Assembly (NCBI RefSeq): GCF_006345805.1
Contig: NC_042998.1
Coordinates: 207,018,001-207,082,000 of the forward strand
Source of the DNA: Octopus sinensis
Lineage: Eukaryota
DNA: 64,000 nucleotides
Direction: 5' to 3'
Position numbers and translations under genes: made by a program. Shown here piece by piece: positions 46,597-57,556 of this stretch (positions are counted from its first letter, which is position 1; each line of letters begins with the position of its first letter). Under the pieces are notes generated by a model, which saw nothing but the letters and a program-made list of their open reading frames with translations, had not been told where the DNA came from and did no database searches.

Positions 46597-47554
46597 GTAC
46601 TGTATGCACCCTTTCTTTTCAAATTTCGATAAATTACAAATAATATAAACTTGAAAATACAGGATGTGTGTGTGTGTGTGTGTGGTTGAGCTAAGGCCAA
46701 GGAACAGTGAATATCTTTGTATGGTTAATCTGACCCTGAGAATAGGTTCAAGTGTGGCTGTGTGGTAAGAAGTTTGCTTCCCAACCACATGGTTCCAGGT
46801 TCAGTTCCAGTACGTGGTACCTTGACCAAGTGTGTTCTATATACCTCAGCCAAGCAAAATCTTGTGAATGGATTTAAGGAAATGACTAGTGACCGAGACT
46901 TTTGGAAATATGCTGTGCTTGAGAAGACCTGGCAAGCCAAATGAGACCATAACCTCATGGCTTATGGGTACCTTTTCCTTCTTTGGACACTAAACTCTGC
47001 TTGCGAAGACCTGTTAAGGGAAGTGAAATCAAAATCAAATTTAATGACTGGCATCTGTTCTAGTGGGGTGCAAAGAGCACCATATGAGTGTGATTGTTGA
47101 CAGAGCAGCTAACTGGCTTCAGTGTCAGTGGCACATAAAAGGCACCGTTCAAGTGTGATCGTTACCAGCATCACCTTACTGGCACCTGTGCTGGTGGCAT
47201 GTGTAAAAAGATTTGAGCGAGGTCGTTGCCAATATTGCCTGACTAGCCCCTGTGCCAGTGGCACGTAAAAGCACCCACTACACTCTCGGAGTGTTTGGCG
47301 TTAGGAAGAGCATCCAGCTGTAGAAACTGTGCCAGATCAAGATTGGAGCCTGGTGCAGCCATTTGGTTCGCCAGCCCTCAGTCAAAATCGTCCAACCCAT
47401 GCTAGCATGGAAAGCGGACATTAAACAATGATGATGATGAAACTGAGAGAAGCCTGTTTGACTGTTGCCAATCTTTCTTTGTTCCCAGTTCAGTTTGTGT
47501 ACAAAAGACTGCCTCTTTCCATTATATTTTCTTTCTATTATATTTTCTCAACAG

Positions 47555-47671
47555 GTATTATGGACCGGGTTACCTTGTCAGAACTACCATTTGCTCATTT
47601 GTTTGGCAATCTTAGACAATGAGAAAGCTACGTTAATGGAGAATCGTTTTGGTTTTACTGAAATCTTGAAA
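47555..47671 (+). CDS. TBC1D15: TBC1D15-like exon (VLWTGLPCQNYHLLICLAILD...FGFTEILK)
   Basis: Acceptor caacag ending 47554; donor GTAAGT at 47672; 117 nt, phase 0 to 0. Confidence 0.96.
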
Positions 47672-47938
47672 GTAAGTTCCTATCACAGAGTTGGAAATAA
47701 TATTTGGATTATGTTCTTGCTTATCACCACCATTTTTATGTCTTTGTTTATGCTTTCATTGGTTGGACAGATAGTTTTTCAACACAGCATGCTGTCATGT
47801 TTGCTGTTTTGGTTTCATCTTTGTAACATTCTTTCACCTAAGATCAGCCTTCATCACCTGTCTTTCTATGGTTCATCCTCTTCTGCTCATTCCTTCCACA
47901 CGAATCTCCTGGTACTTCTTCACACACCTGTCATCATT

Positions 47939-48690
47939 TATAGATATTTTCGATCTCATTTGGATTCTTTGCCACCAAATTTGAATTTTTCAATTGGTGC
48001 TCAAGCCTTGAAAAAACAAAAAGAGTTATAAACTACATCAGCCGTAAGGGAATACATGTCTATCTTATCTAACTCATCCAGTAAAGCCCACTGCTACTCA
48101 AACTTCGATCTAACTCCAAGCTTGGGACAACAAACTTGAGTTGGATAAACTTGAATAGTAAGCTCTTTGCTCTTTATAACCGTTTTATGAAGTCACTTTT
48201 TTTGTTAAAGACTTGTTCAATTTGCAGCTCCTCAAAGCAAATGGACTGGTTCTCTTAAGAGGGATCACGGGTTCGAATCTCAGACCAGGCGATGTGTGTG
48301 TTTTCGAGTGGAACACCTAAGCTCCACAGATTCGAACCCGTGATCCCTCTTAAGAGAACCAGTCCATTTGCTTTGAGGAGCTGCAAATTGAACAAGTCTT
48401 TAACAAAAAAAGTGACTTCATAAAACAGTTATAAAGAGCAAAGAGCTTACTATTCAAGTTTATCCAACTCAAGTTTGTTGTCCCAAGCTCGGGGTTAGAT
48501 CGAAATTTGAGTAACAGTGGGCTTTACTGGATGAGTTAGATAAGATAGACATGTATTCCCTTATGGCTGATGTAGTTTATAACTCTTTTTGTTTTTTCAA
48601 GGCTTGAGCACCAATTGAAAAATTCAAATTTGATTGCAAATAATTCAAATTTGGTGGCAAAGAATCCAAACTAGATCGAAAACATCTATA
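47939..48690. repeat. Long inverted repeat (arms 47939-48280 and 48328-48690, 47-nt spacer)
   Basis: Arms compared by eye: ~8 substitutions and one ~21-nt insertion in the right arm. Confidence 0.95.
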
Positions 48691-49744
48691 TATACATTAC
48701 ATATCTATATCAACTTAGCTTTCCCTCGTCTGTTTTACTACAAATAACTCCTTTTCTAATCCAGTTTTTCTTCCAGTGCATCAAGTCCTTATGTAAGGTT
48801 CCTTTAACCCTTTTTATACCATATTTCTATTTCAGTCAATTTTGAAGATGATGAATATTTTAGTAGAGTAACTTTGTCCTTATTCAGTTGGAATTTTAAT
48901 GGAAGGTTTTCATTTCACTCTCCTTAACTCTTTAGTATTTCAACTAACCATATTTGACTCAATGCCAGCACCGCCTTGACCGGCTTCTGTGCCGGTGGCA
49001 CGTGACCTGCTGTGCTTGAGGAGACCTATTGAGTCAAGTACATCAACTTCAAAATAAATATCAAATGGAAATTGTAGTTAAGATACCTGTGCTGGTGGCA
49101 CGTAAGAAGCACCATCCGAATTTGGTCGATGTCAGCGCCGTCTTGACTGGCTTCTGTGCCAGTGGCACGTAAAAAGCACCAACTGATCGTGGCCGCTGCC
49201 AGCCTCCCCTGACACCTGGCTAGTGGCACGTAAAAAGCACCCACTGCACTCACGGAGTGGTTGGCGTTAGGAAGGGCATCCAGCTGTAGAAACACTGCCG
49301 GATCAAATTGGAGCCTGGTGCAGCCTCCTGGCTTCCCAGACCCCGGTTGAACTGTCCAACCCATGCTAGCACGGAAAACGGACGTTAAACGATGATGATG
49401 ATGATTCTGTTTCATGTTAAAACTGACTGTCTGGCCTCTCACACCTACCTGACAATGTCATTCTAAAAATAATCCCATTCTAAAAATAATCTCAAAGCTG
49501 TGAGATAATGCATGATTAATTCAAATTTACGTGAATAAATAAGCATTATTTATTTGGCTGTAATCTGAATGTTAAAGGATTAAAACAAGAAGTTTGAATC
49601 ATAGAACGAAAGGTGGCTGTGGGTGGGTTGCTATCAAAAGGGTTAATTTGTTCGTAGGTTAGGGCCATAAGCCCACAGCCAAGCCCTGTTTGGGTTTATT
49701 GCTTTTGATAAAATGTCTAATTGTGAGTGTCTTCCTTTTTTCAG

Positions 49745-50008
49745 CACATCAATGACATGTCTTTTACCATCAACGTGGACCAAATTCTGAACAAAGCTGA
49801 AAGCATTTGTCTTCAGCTGAAGAAATGCAGGAAGCTACCTCAAGCAATTAAGGAGATCTTAGAACTCGGTGCGTCCTCCTCGCCATCTGCTTCAAGTAAC
49901 AGTTCTGGCAGCACCACACCAGCCACTGGGAACTCTCAGTGCCAGTATCCAAATTCTAACAAGGATTATTGCTCTGGGACAGTCACAGACCACTTCACCA
50001 ACGGATAG
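49745..50008 (+). CDS. TBC1D15: TBC1D15-like terminal coding exon (HINDMS...KAESICLQL...Ser/Thr-rich tail, TAG)
   Basis: Acceptor tttttcag ending 49744; HIND.S..I.V..IL.KAE.I.LQ matches the family; stop at 50006-50008. Confidence 0.93.
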   Translation, partial: HINDMSFTINVDQILNKAESICLQLKKCRKLPQAIKEILELGASSSPSASSNSSGSTTPATGNSQCQYPNSNKDYCSGTVTDHFTNG

Positions 50009-50867
50009 CACAACCAAAGGTTTTTAAACTAGATTTTAAAAAATATTAAAAAAAGAGCACAAAAAAATTCTAAGACAAAACAAAGACAATTCTGTATCCA
50101 TGATTATATTTTGCTTGCCAGCAATGATGTCAGCTCATCTCGGCTAAAATATTTTATTTAACTTTATAGTTTCCAGGAAGCCTTTTTTTTTCTGTTTTAA
50201 GTTTCTATTTTTTACCATCTAAACCAGTGATACACAACTTTTTTTTTTGTTACTGAAGGTGACCTGCAAAACTTCATGAGGATAACTTCATGGACTCCCC
50301 CCTCCATTCATCCCAAAAAGGTACACTGTAATATGTAGACCTCAGGATGTGGACCACCAAAATTTTGGTGTGGACCACGAGGGGTCTTGATGGACTGTGT
50401 TGTCTCTCACTGGTCACTAGCCAATTGATTGCAATCCACTCAGATTCAGGGAAGTATCAGAACTTGATGCAATTGGTGCCACACCTCAATGATGATGTCT
50501 TAAATCTCTCTCTCTCTCTTATTTTCCTTGTCCCACAACGGAACTGGGTCGTCCACTTTCTCCATTTCAACTTGGCTTTTAAATATGAACACCATTTTAT
50601 TTTTATCTTTGACTGTTACAAGATGAAAATGTGCTGATTGTCTGACTGGTACGGCACGAAGCCAATCAGTCAGTAATCATTGTTTAATCATTTGTGTGCA
50701 TGTCTACATAATGTACGAATGCATGTAATACATACATATACACACAGGTGTGTGTGTGTGTGTCTGTCTGTCTGTCTCTGTTGTACAATCACTTTACATT
50801 TCTGGTTTTCTTGATCTTTCATTCATGAATTTCCTGTCTGTGCTTGTATGTGTCATATATAATTAAT

Positions 50868-50873
50868 AATAAA
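50868..50873 (+). terminator. Candidate polyadenylation signal AATAAA (alternatives at 51550 and 51574)
   Basis: First AATAAA noticed about 860 nt after the stop codon; the context is AT-rich, so it may be chance. Confidence 0.25.
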
Positions 50874-50964
50874 AGGGTAAAATTAATTAATTAATTAATT
50901 AATCAATTAATTAATAATTTCACCAAGTAGATCAGTATGTTAAAATAACCTTAATAGGTAAAAT

Positions 50965-51141
50965 TATACAAATATTTTATAATTATTAACATAATTATAA
51001 TTAGAGGTCAGCTAATAGCTTCACCACATACCGAATTTAGAAATAGGAATTTTAACTCCTATTTCAAAATTCGGTATGTGGTGAAGCAATTAGCTGACCC
51101 CTAATTATAATTATGTTTATAATTATAAAATATTTTGTATA
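50965..51141. repeat. Near-perfect hairpin, ~87-bp arms, tiny loop
   Basis: TATACAAATATTTTATAATTA...GAAATAGGAATT, then TT, then AACTCCTATTTC...TAATTATAAAATATTTTGTATA; ~6 differences. Confidence 0.9.
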
Positions 51142-51780
51142 TATATATAATGTGTGTATATATTTGTGTTTCTGTGTGTTTCTATATGTGTGTGTATTTG
51201 TATATAAATGTGTGGATGTACATATGTGTATATATAGATATTCATGTATATGTGTATATATATGCATGTGTGTGTATGTGTGTTTGTGCATGTGTACGTG
51301 TTTCTGTATATATATGAGTGTATATTTGTTTGTATTTGTATATAAATGTGTGGATATACACGTGTGTATATATGGATAGTCCTGTATGTATGTGTGTATA
51401 TTAATGTGTGCATATATATAATGTATATATATATTTGTATGCATATACATACATACATGTGTGTGTTCACAATCCACAGTTCACTTTATGGTTGGACTGA
51501 ATTCACAAACCTTCTGTCTTCCTCATTGGTAAACTCTCTACTAAATATAAATAAAACCTTGTCCAGCTCCGTAAATAAACAACATTGAGAAAAACCTAAG
51601 ACTTCCATAGATTTCATATCTTTTCTAGATGCTTCTGTGTTCCCTAGCCCTTTCCTCTACTCGTCCCTTCTCTCTTCCTCTCCCTGCTAATTTTTTTTTT
51701 GTTTGTTTTCAAGATTTGTGTCTCCAAATTCTAATTCATGCCTAAGCTTATTTAAATATTTTCCTTCGTTTAGAAATTAA

Positions 51781-52237
51781 CTAGCAGCATAGCCTGGCGT
51801 TGCCCGGGTATGTAAGAGCCCCTAGTAGGCAACAACTAATCCCAATCTAGTCCTTTCCCTCTAGGGAACGAAGGCGCATGTGTAGGCTGCAATGTCTTCT
51901 CTTTGCTCGAATACTTCTGTGTATACGATGTTCCTAGCTGTCCCTTTGGGCGAAAACATGAAAACATCATTGTGCCTCCCAACGCGTGAACAGCCCACGT
52001 ACAGCCCAGAAAATGTGTTGCATATAAAAAGCTTACATTCTCGACCCCATGTCAAATTTATCGATTTTTTCAGAACTGGGGGGACTTTTCAAAATTTTCG
52101 CTGCGTTAGTTTTGAATTATGACATTGGGCTATGTGTGTGTCAAGTTTCATCAGAATCGGTTGAAATCCGTGGTCAGGGTGAGGGTACAACCTGACAGAC
52201 ACACAGACAGACAAACTGCCGTTTATATAGAGAGAGA
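51781..52237 (-). mobile_element. Non-autonomous Helitron-like element
   Basis: A|CTAGCAGCATAGCCTGGCGTTGCCCGGG ... TTTATATAGAGAGAGA|T; a third core type. Confidence 0.7.
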
Positions 52238-53333
52238 TAAATGGACTTTACCATCATTCCCCGTTCATACTTCCCCAAGTGCTCGCATGTGCGCACACAC
52301 ACCCAACCTTTTTCTACATCCAAGGTGATAATTCCTCGAATGATGTCATAGATTCAAGCAGATGTGGCTGTGTGGTAAAAAGCTTGCTTCCCAATCACAT
52401 GGTTCTGGGTTCAGTCCCACTGTTTGACGCCTTGGGCAAGTGTCTTCTACTATAACCTCGGGCCAACCAAAGCCTTGTGAGTGGATTTAATAGACAGAAA
52501 CTGAAAAGAAGCCCGTTGTGTGTGTCCGTGTGTCCCCATGTTTGCCCCCTCACCATTGCTTGGTTCAGATACTTTACTGCTTCAGTAAACTCTATCTGAC
52601 CCAAACAAGCTTGGAAAAGTGGACATGGAAACAGTCACTGACACACACACACACACACTGGTCATCATTATTGACCCAGTTATTTTGCTACAATTTGATT
52701 TTGTCAAACTAATCTTAATCCCACACTGGTTTACAAGCATCCTCTAGAGGTGCTAAAAAGTATCCCGTCTGGCCTGGCTCTGCATCATTTCAGCCGTAAT
52801 CTCTCTTACACACATATATATAATCTATGAAGATGAAGTCAGGAGGTAGGAAAGGTAAATAGGGGTTTGTTGTTTCCATAATATCTTTATGGGTGTCTCT
52901 TAGGCCTTCTGATTCTGTTTTCTTCTCTGCGTATCCTCCTTGTGCAAATGTTTACTGTTTGTTTCAGTTGCATGGCTAAGTTCAGCGATTTAATCACTTT
53001 GTGAACTGATAGCTGGGTCCTTGCTAAGTGCTTACTGCGGGTTCTGCTTGAGCCTCGAAATCTAATTTTCTTTGTGTGCGTGTGCATGCGTATCTATCTA
53101 TATATATATATAGAGAGAGAGATATCTATAGATATATATCTATAGGGAGCTTGCTTCCTAGCCACATGGTTTCGGGTTCAGTCCCACTACGTGGCACTCT
53201 GGGTAGGTGTCTTCCGCTATAGCCCCGAGCGACCGGAGCTTTGTGATTGAATTCGGTAGGCGGAAGTTACTGCCGTGTGTGTATGTGTGCGTGTAGGTGC
53301 TTGTGCCTCTCCGAAAGAGAGAGAGGGATATAT

Positions 53334-53413
<80 letters not shown>

Positions 53414-54584
53414 TGTATATATATATGAGAGGTATTGGTATCTAGAAGACTCAAAGAGTGATGGGTAACGCTAAGTAAGTACTATGGACAGATGAAGGGA
53501 TATCCATAATATCCCAGAAATAGCTGTAAGACTATTTCATTATAAATGTCCTGAAAACTCCTCACAGCCTTGGCTTTGTTATCCCATTCTGTCTAACACA
53601 CACACATATATATATATATATATGAATGCATGCATGTGTGTATGTATGTATGTTTAAATTTCATGTTAAATTGCTTTTGACAATCAATTTCAGTCCATTT
53701 TCTAAATAATATATATTTTGTAAATTATATTTGATTCAAATTTATTTTACCCACCAAAAAGGGGTTTTTTAGAAAAAATTTTAATTTTGTTGCATTAGGT
53801 TCTAAAGTAAAATTAAAATTGTTTTTCTTTCTGTTAAACCTATTTTGAAAATTTCTTAATAATATTTATTTACCATTCAAGGAACTTAAATCCCCCAAAA
53901 ATTGTGATCCAGTTTCCAGCTAAATTCATCTCGTTTTCCCATATTTTCCCCTCCTATGGCGGAATTCTTTGAATGACTGGCAAAATGCTGAACGGTATTT
54001 CGTCCGTTTTTGCATTTGGCACTCAAATCCCTCTGGTCTCGACTTTGCCTTTCGTCTCTAGCGAGGTCGATAAAATAAGTACCAGCTATGTACTGGGGGG
54101 GGGGGAGTCGATGTAATCGATTATGCCCCTTTTCTGAAATTGCTGTCTTTGGGCCAAAGTATGAAGCCATTATTTATCCCTGTTAATCCTTTGTAAGTCA
54201 AGATTATCATCCACACCCTGCTCCCCACCTCCATCCTATGCAACCGGCTGTTCTCGTTAAATTTATAAAAATTCGTCTAAAATAACGAAGCTGAAACCAT
54301 TAACCCTGGTCTCTTTGTATTATTTTAGACATATTCCCCACCCTTCACTAAAAAAAAAAATAAAAATGATTTAAAAAGATTATTTTAAAAAATTTCCCAT
54401 TCCCGGATAAGAAATGTCTTCTAGATAATCCTTATTTGATTTCTAATTTTTTCTCATTTTCCTCCTCCTCCTTCCCCTCCTCTTCCATTAATTAACTTGC
54501 TGTATCCTTGAGCAAGTGTCTTCATCTTGTGTTGCTCTAGTCTTTGTCACCTGAAAACATGTACCAGCTGCCTGGCCCGTGCAG

Positions 54585-54845
54585 CTCTCTCCCTCTCTCT
54601 CTCTCTCTCCCCAGCTCTCTTTATCTCTCTCTCTCTCTCCAGCTCTCTCTTTCTCTTTCTCTCTCTCTCCAGCTCTCTGTCTTTCTCTCTCTCCAGCTCT
54701 CTTTCTCTCTCTCTCCCTCCCCCCAGCTCTCTCTTTCTCTCTCCAGCTCTCTTTCTCTCTCTCTCTCCAGCTCTCTTTCTCTCGCTCTCCAGCTCTCTTT
54801 CTCTCTCGCTCTCCAGCTCTGTCTTTCTCTCTCTCTCCACCTCTC
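54585..54845. repeat. Polypyrimidine (CT)n array punctuated by CCAG at roughly 20-25 nt spacing
   Basis: Direct inspection. Confidence 0.9.
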
Positions 54846-55299
54846 ATGCCCTCAATACCCTGTTGGGTGGCTGGAGAGGATATCTACGTCTGTCTGTCTG
54901 TCCAACTATAGAGGTGCCCCAAGCAACTTCAAGACTTAAACACTACCAGGTTCACAAAACGGGGACAGATGCCTCAGTCTGTTTCGCCTCCCTCGTCCTT
55001 AACAATTTAATGCCTTAAACAGCTCTACCCAAGATACATCATCATAGCTTTAGTGTCGCACGTTTCTTATAGTTTGTCCAGCCAAAAGACAAGAATTAGG
55101 TTGCTGCAAAACAACCGTAAATGATAAAATGTTTCTGACTTTTTAAGATTTTCTTTCTAAGCAAACACTGCTGATGCTACAAACACGCAATCAATCCGGA
55201 AATGTCTTGAGACCTGGTTGAACGCCTTCTTGGTTTGTTATTTTAGAATTGTTTATACATACATACATACATGTGTGTGTGTGTGTGTATTTATATATG

Positions 55300-55752
55300 T
55301 GTATATATGTATATGTGTCTGTATATATACACATGTATATGTATATGTGTCTGTATATATACACTTATATATATTCAAATATATGTATATGTGTCTGTAT
55401 ATATACACATGTATATATTCAAATATATGTATATGTGTCTGTATATATACACATGTATATATTCAAATATATGTATATGTGTCTGTATATATATACATGT
55501 ATATATTCAAATATATGTATGTGTGTCTGTATATATACACATGTATATATTCAAATATATGTATATGTGTCTGTGTATATACACATGTATATGTGTCTGT
55601 ATATATACACATGTATATATTCAAATATATGTATATGTGTCTGTGTATATACACATGTATATGTGTCTGTATATATACACATGTATATATTCAAATATAT
55701 GTATGTGTGTCTGTATATATACACATGTATATATTCAAATATATGTATATAT
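55300..55752. repeat. ~44-bp tandem repeat (GTGTCTGTATATATACACATGTATATATTCAAATATATGTATAT) with shorter variants
   Basis: Period 44 between 55391 and 55435; about 10 units. Confidence 0.9.
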
Positions 55753-55981
55753 ATTACTGTTGCTGGTGGTGAATTGTGTAAATATATCCTAAACAAAATG
55801 TGTATATTGTAACTTTTACATTTAAGATGCCATGGAGGCAACTATGAAGAGAAAATATAAAACTTGAATATGTGAATCTAGTGTTGCTTTTTTTTTTGTT
55901 TTATGTTGTTGACGGTTTATTTTCTTTTTTCTTTTCTTTGCTCAATAATTTCTGTTCTGTGAAGACCTGTGGTTTAATTCC

Positions 55982-56450
55982 CTGGGCCTTACTTCCCTGG
56001 GCATGGATACATTGAAACTCCGACGTCTGGCAGCTGACTTGGCCGACACCCATAAAATTATTAACCATCTTACAAACAATAACTCTGAGCACCTTTTCAA
56101 ACTCCACCCGTCTAACACCTGTGGACATGTTTACAAAGTCAGAAAACAGCACAGCTCCTTCCATGACTTTCGGAAACATTTTTTTCACGCTAAGAGTTGC
56201 TGAAGCATGGAACAAACTGCCGGCATCAGAGCAGTTAGTTGCCGGAGCACTGCATCCTTCAAAACTTCCATGCTTTCTGAGATTTGCCAACACTTCACCT
56301 GATTTTCTCTCCTCCATACACACACAAGCATGTACCTGACTCATACACTGTTCACTTTCCAGGCATTTCTACATTACTGCATATGCTTTATGTGCACTTT
56401 TGACAGGTTGTGGTGCACCTGAGCACTGTATACAATAATTGCATTGTTAT
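55982..56450 (+). mobile_element. 5'-truncated CR1-clade LINE (ORF2 C-terminus with frameshift, short 3' UTR)
   Basis: LKLRRLAADLADTHKI...TCGHVYKVRK...RKHFF, then in another frame FFTLRVAEAWNKLP, matching CR1 L..RRLR.DL...YKI...TRGH..K...FF..RV...WN.LP. Confidence 0.85.
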
Positions 56451-56454
56451 AAAT

Positions 56455-56501
<47 letters not shown>

Positions 56502-57159
56502 ATCTGTGTTTGTCCACCACCATTGCTCGACAATCGGCGTTGGTTTGTTTACGTCCCTTAACTTAGCAGCTCGGCTAAAGAGACCAATAGAATAAATACC
56601 AGGCTTGAAAGAAGTGCTGGAATCGCTTTATTTGACTAAAAGATAATTTCCAGGTGGTGCCCCAGCATGGCCAGTCTAATGAAAGAAACAAGAAAAAGAT
56701 GTACGCAATTAAATTATTGTAAGGGAGGAGTTATGTCCCTTATACTGTAGACGAAACTGTTATTTTATGTGGTTACTGGATCTGCTAGAAATAGCAGCCA
56801 AGTCTTCCTCGAATTACACTCCATCTTCAGGAAATATACTTTGTATAATGTGGGATGGTCGTGTCTGGAACGTTACACAGTTGAAAATAGGATGTTTTAA
56901 GGGAAGCAATCAAAAATGGACCAATGCTATGAAGGTTGATGATAAAATTAAAGGGTGCCATGAATTCCTAAATATCTTTGTAGCAGTTGTTGTCAGTTCT
57001 TAGTGGAAAGGCTGAGCTAATTCCCCGAGGGTGTGGCTGCAAGGTTAAAAAGCTTGCTTCCCAACCATTTGGTTCTGGGTTCTATCCCACTGTGTGGAAG
57101 TTGGGGCAAGTGTCTTTTTGACACTTTAGCATTTAAACTGGCCACATCCAGCCAGAATA

Positions 57160-57556
57160 CTCTTTTACTTGTTTTAGTCATCTGACTGCGGCCATGCTGG
57201 AGCACCACCTTTAGTTGAGCAAATCGACCCCAGGACTTATTCTTTGTAAGCCTAGTACTTATTATATCGGTCTCTTTGCCGAACCGCTAAGTTACGGGGA
57301 CGTAAACACACCCGCATCGGTTGTCAAGTGATGTTGGGGGAGACAAACATAGACATACAAACACACACACACACATATATACATATACATATATACGACA
57401 GGCTTCTTTCAGTTCCCGTCTACCAAAATCCACTCACAAGGCTTTGGTTGGCCTGAGGCTATAGTAGAAGACACTTACCCAAGGTGCCACGCAGTGGGAC
57501 TGAACCCGGAACCATGTGTTTGAGAAGCAAGCTACTTACCACACAGCCACTCCTGC
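57160..57556 (-). mobile_element. SINE family 1 copy
   Basis: Full-length reverse-complement match. Confidence 0.9.

Larger units (their letters stand above)
7241..50008 (+). other. TBC1D15: Gene model (5'-partial): TBC1 domain family member 15/17-like Rab-GAP; CDS join(7241-7355,9152-9365,12213-12324,20844-21038,36123-36251,36651-36754,37595-37689,38785-38901,41476-41576,43795-43894,46499-46596,47555-47671,49745-50008)
   Basis: The 13 AG/GT-bounded exons splice in continuous frame (1761 nt, divisible by 3, ending TAG at 50006-50008). The product follows human TBC1D15 as recalled, in order: PALHFH, DPYT...GFSKVT, INQQDEPGFEVIT, WKFLL, YFKMKLQWK, IEKDVSRTDR (Arg finger), YVQGMSDLL (Gln finger), EVDAFWCF, YFCFRWLL..FKREFSF, FGFTEILKHIND. 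The TBC1D15 versus TBC1D17 assignment needs a phylogeny. Confidence 0.95.

Noticed and set aside
47465-48031. 188-aa ORF
   Set aside because: Only 47555-47671 is exon; the rest is intronic read-through past a consensus donor.
54488-55018. Ser/Leu- and Arg/Glu-rich ORFs
   Set aside because: Translations of the (CT)n array.
55218-55812. ORFs of 173-187 aa rich in Tyr/Ile/Cys/Met
   Set aside because: Translations of the 44-bp tandem repeat.
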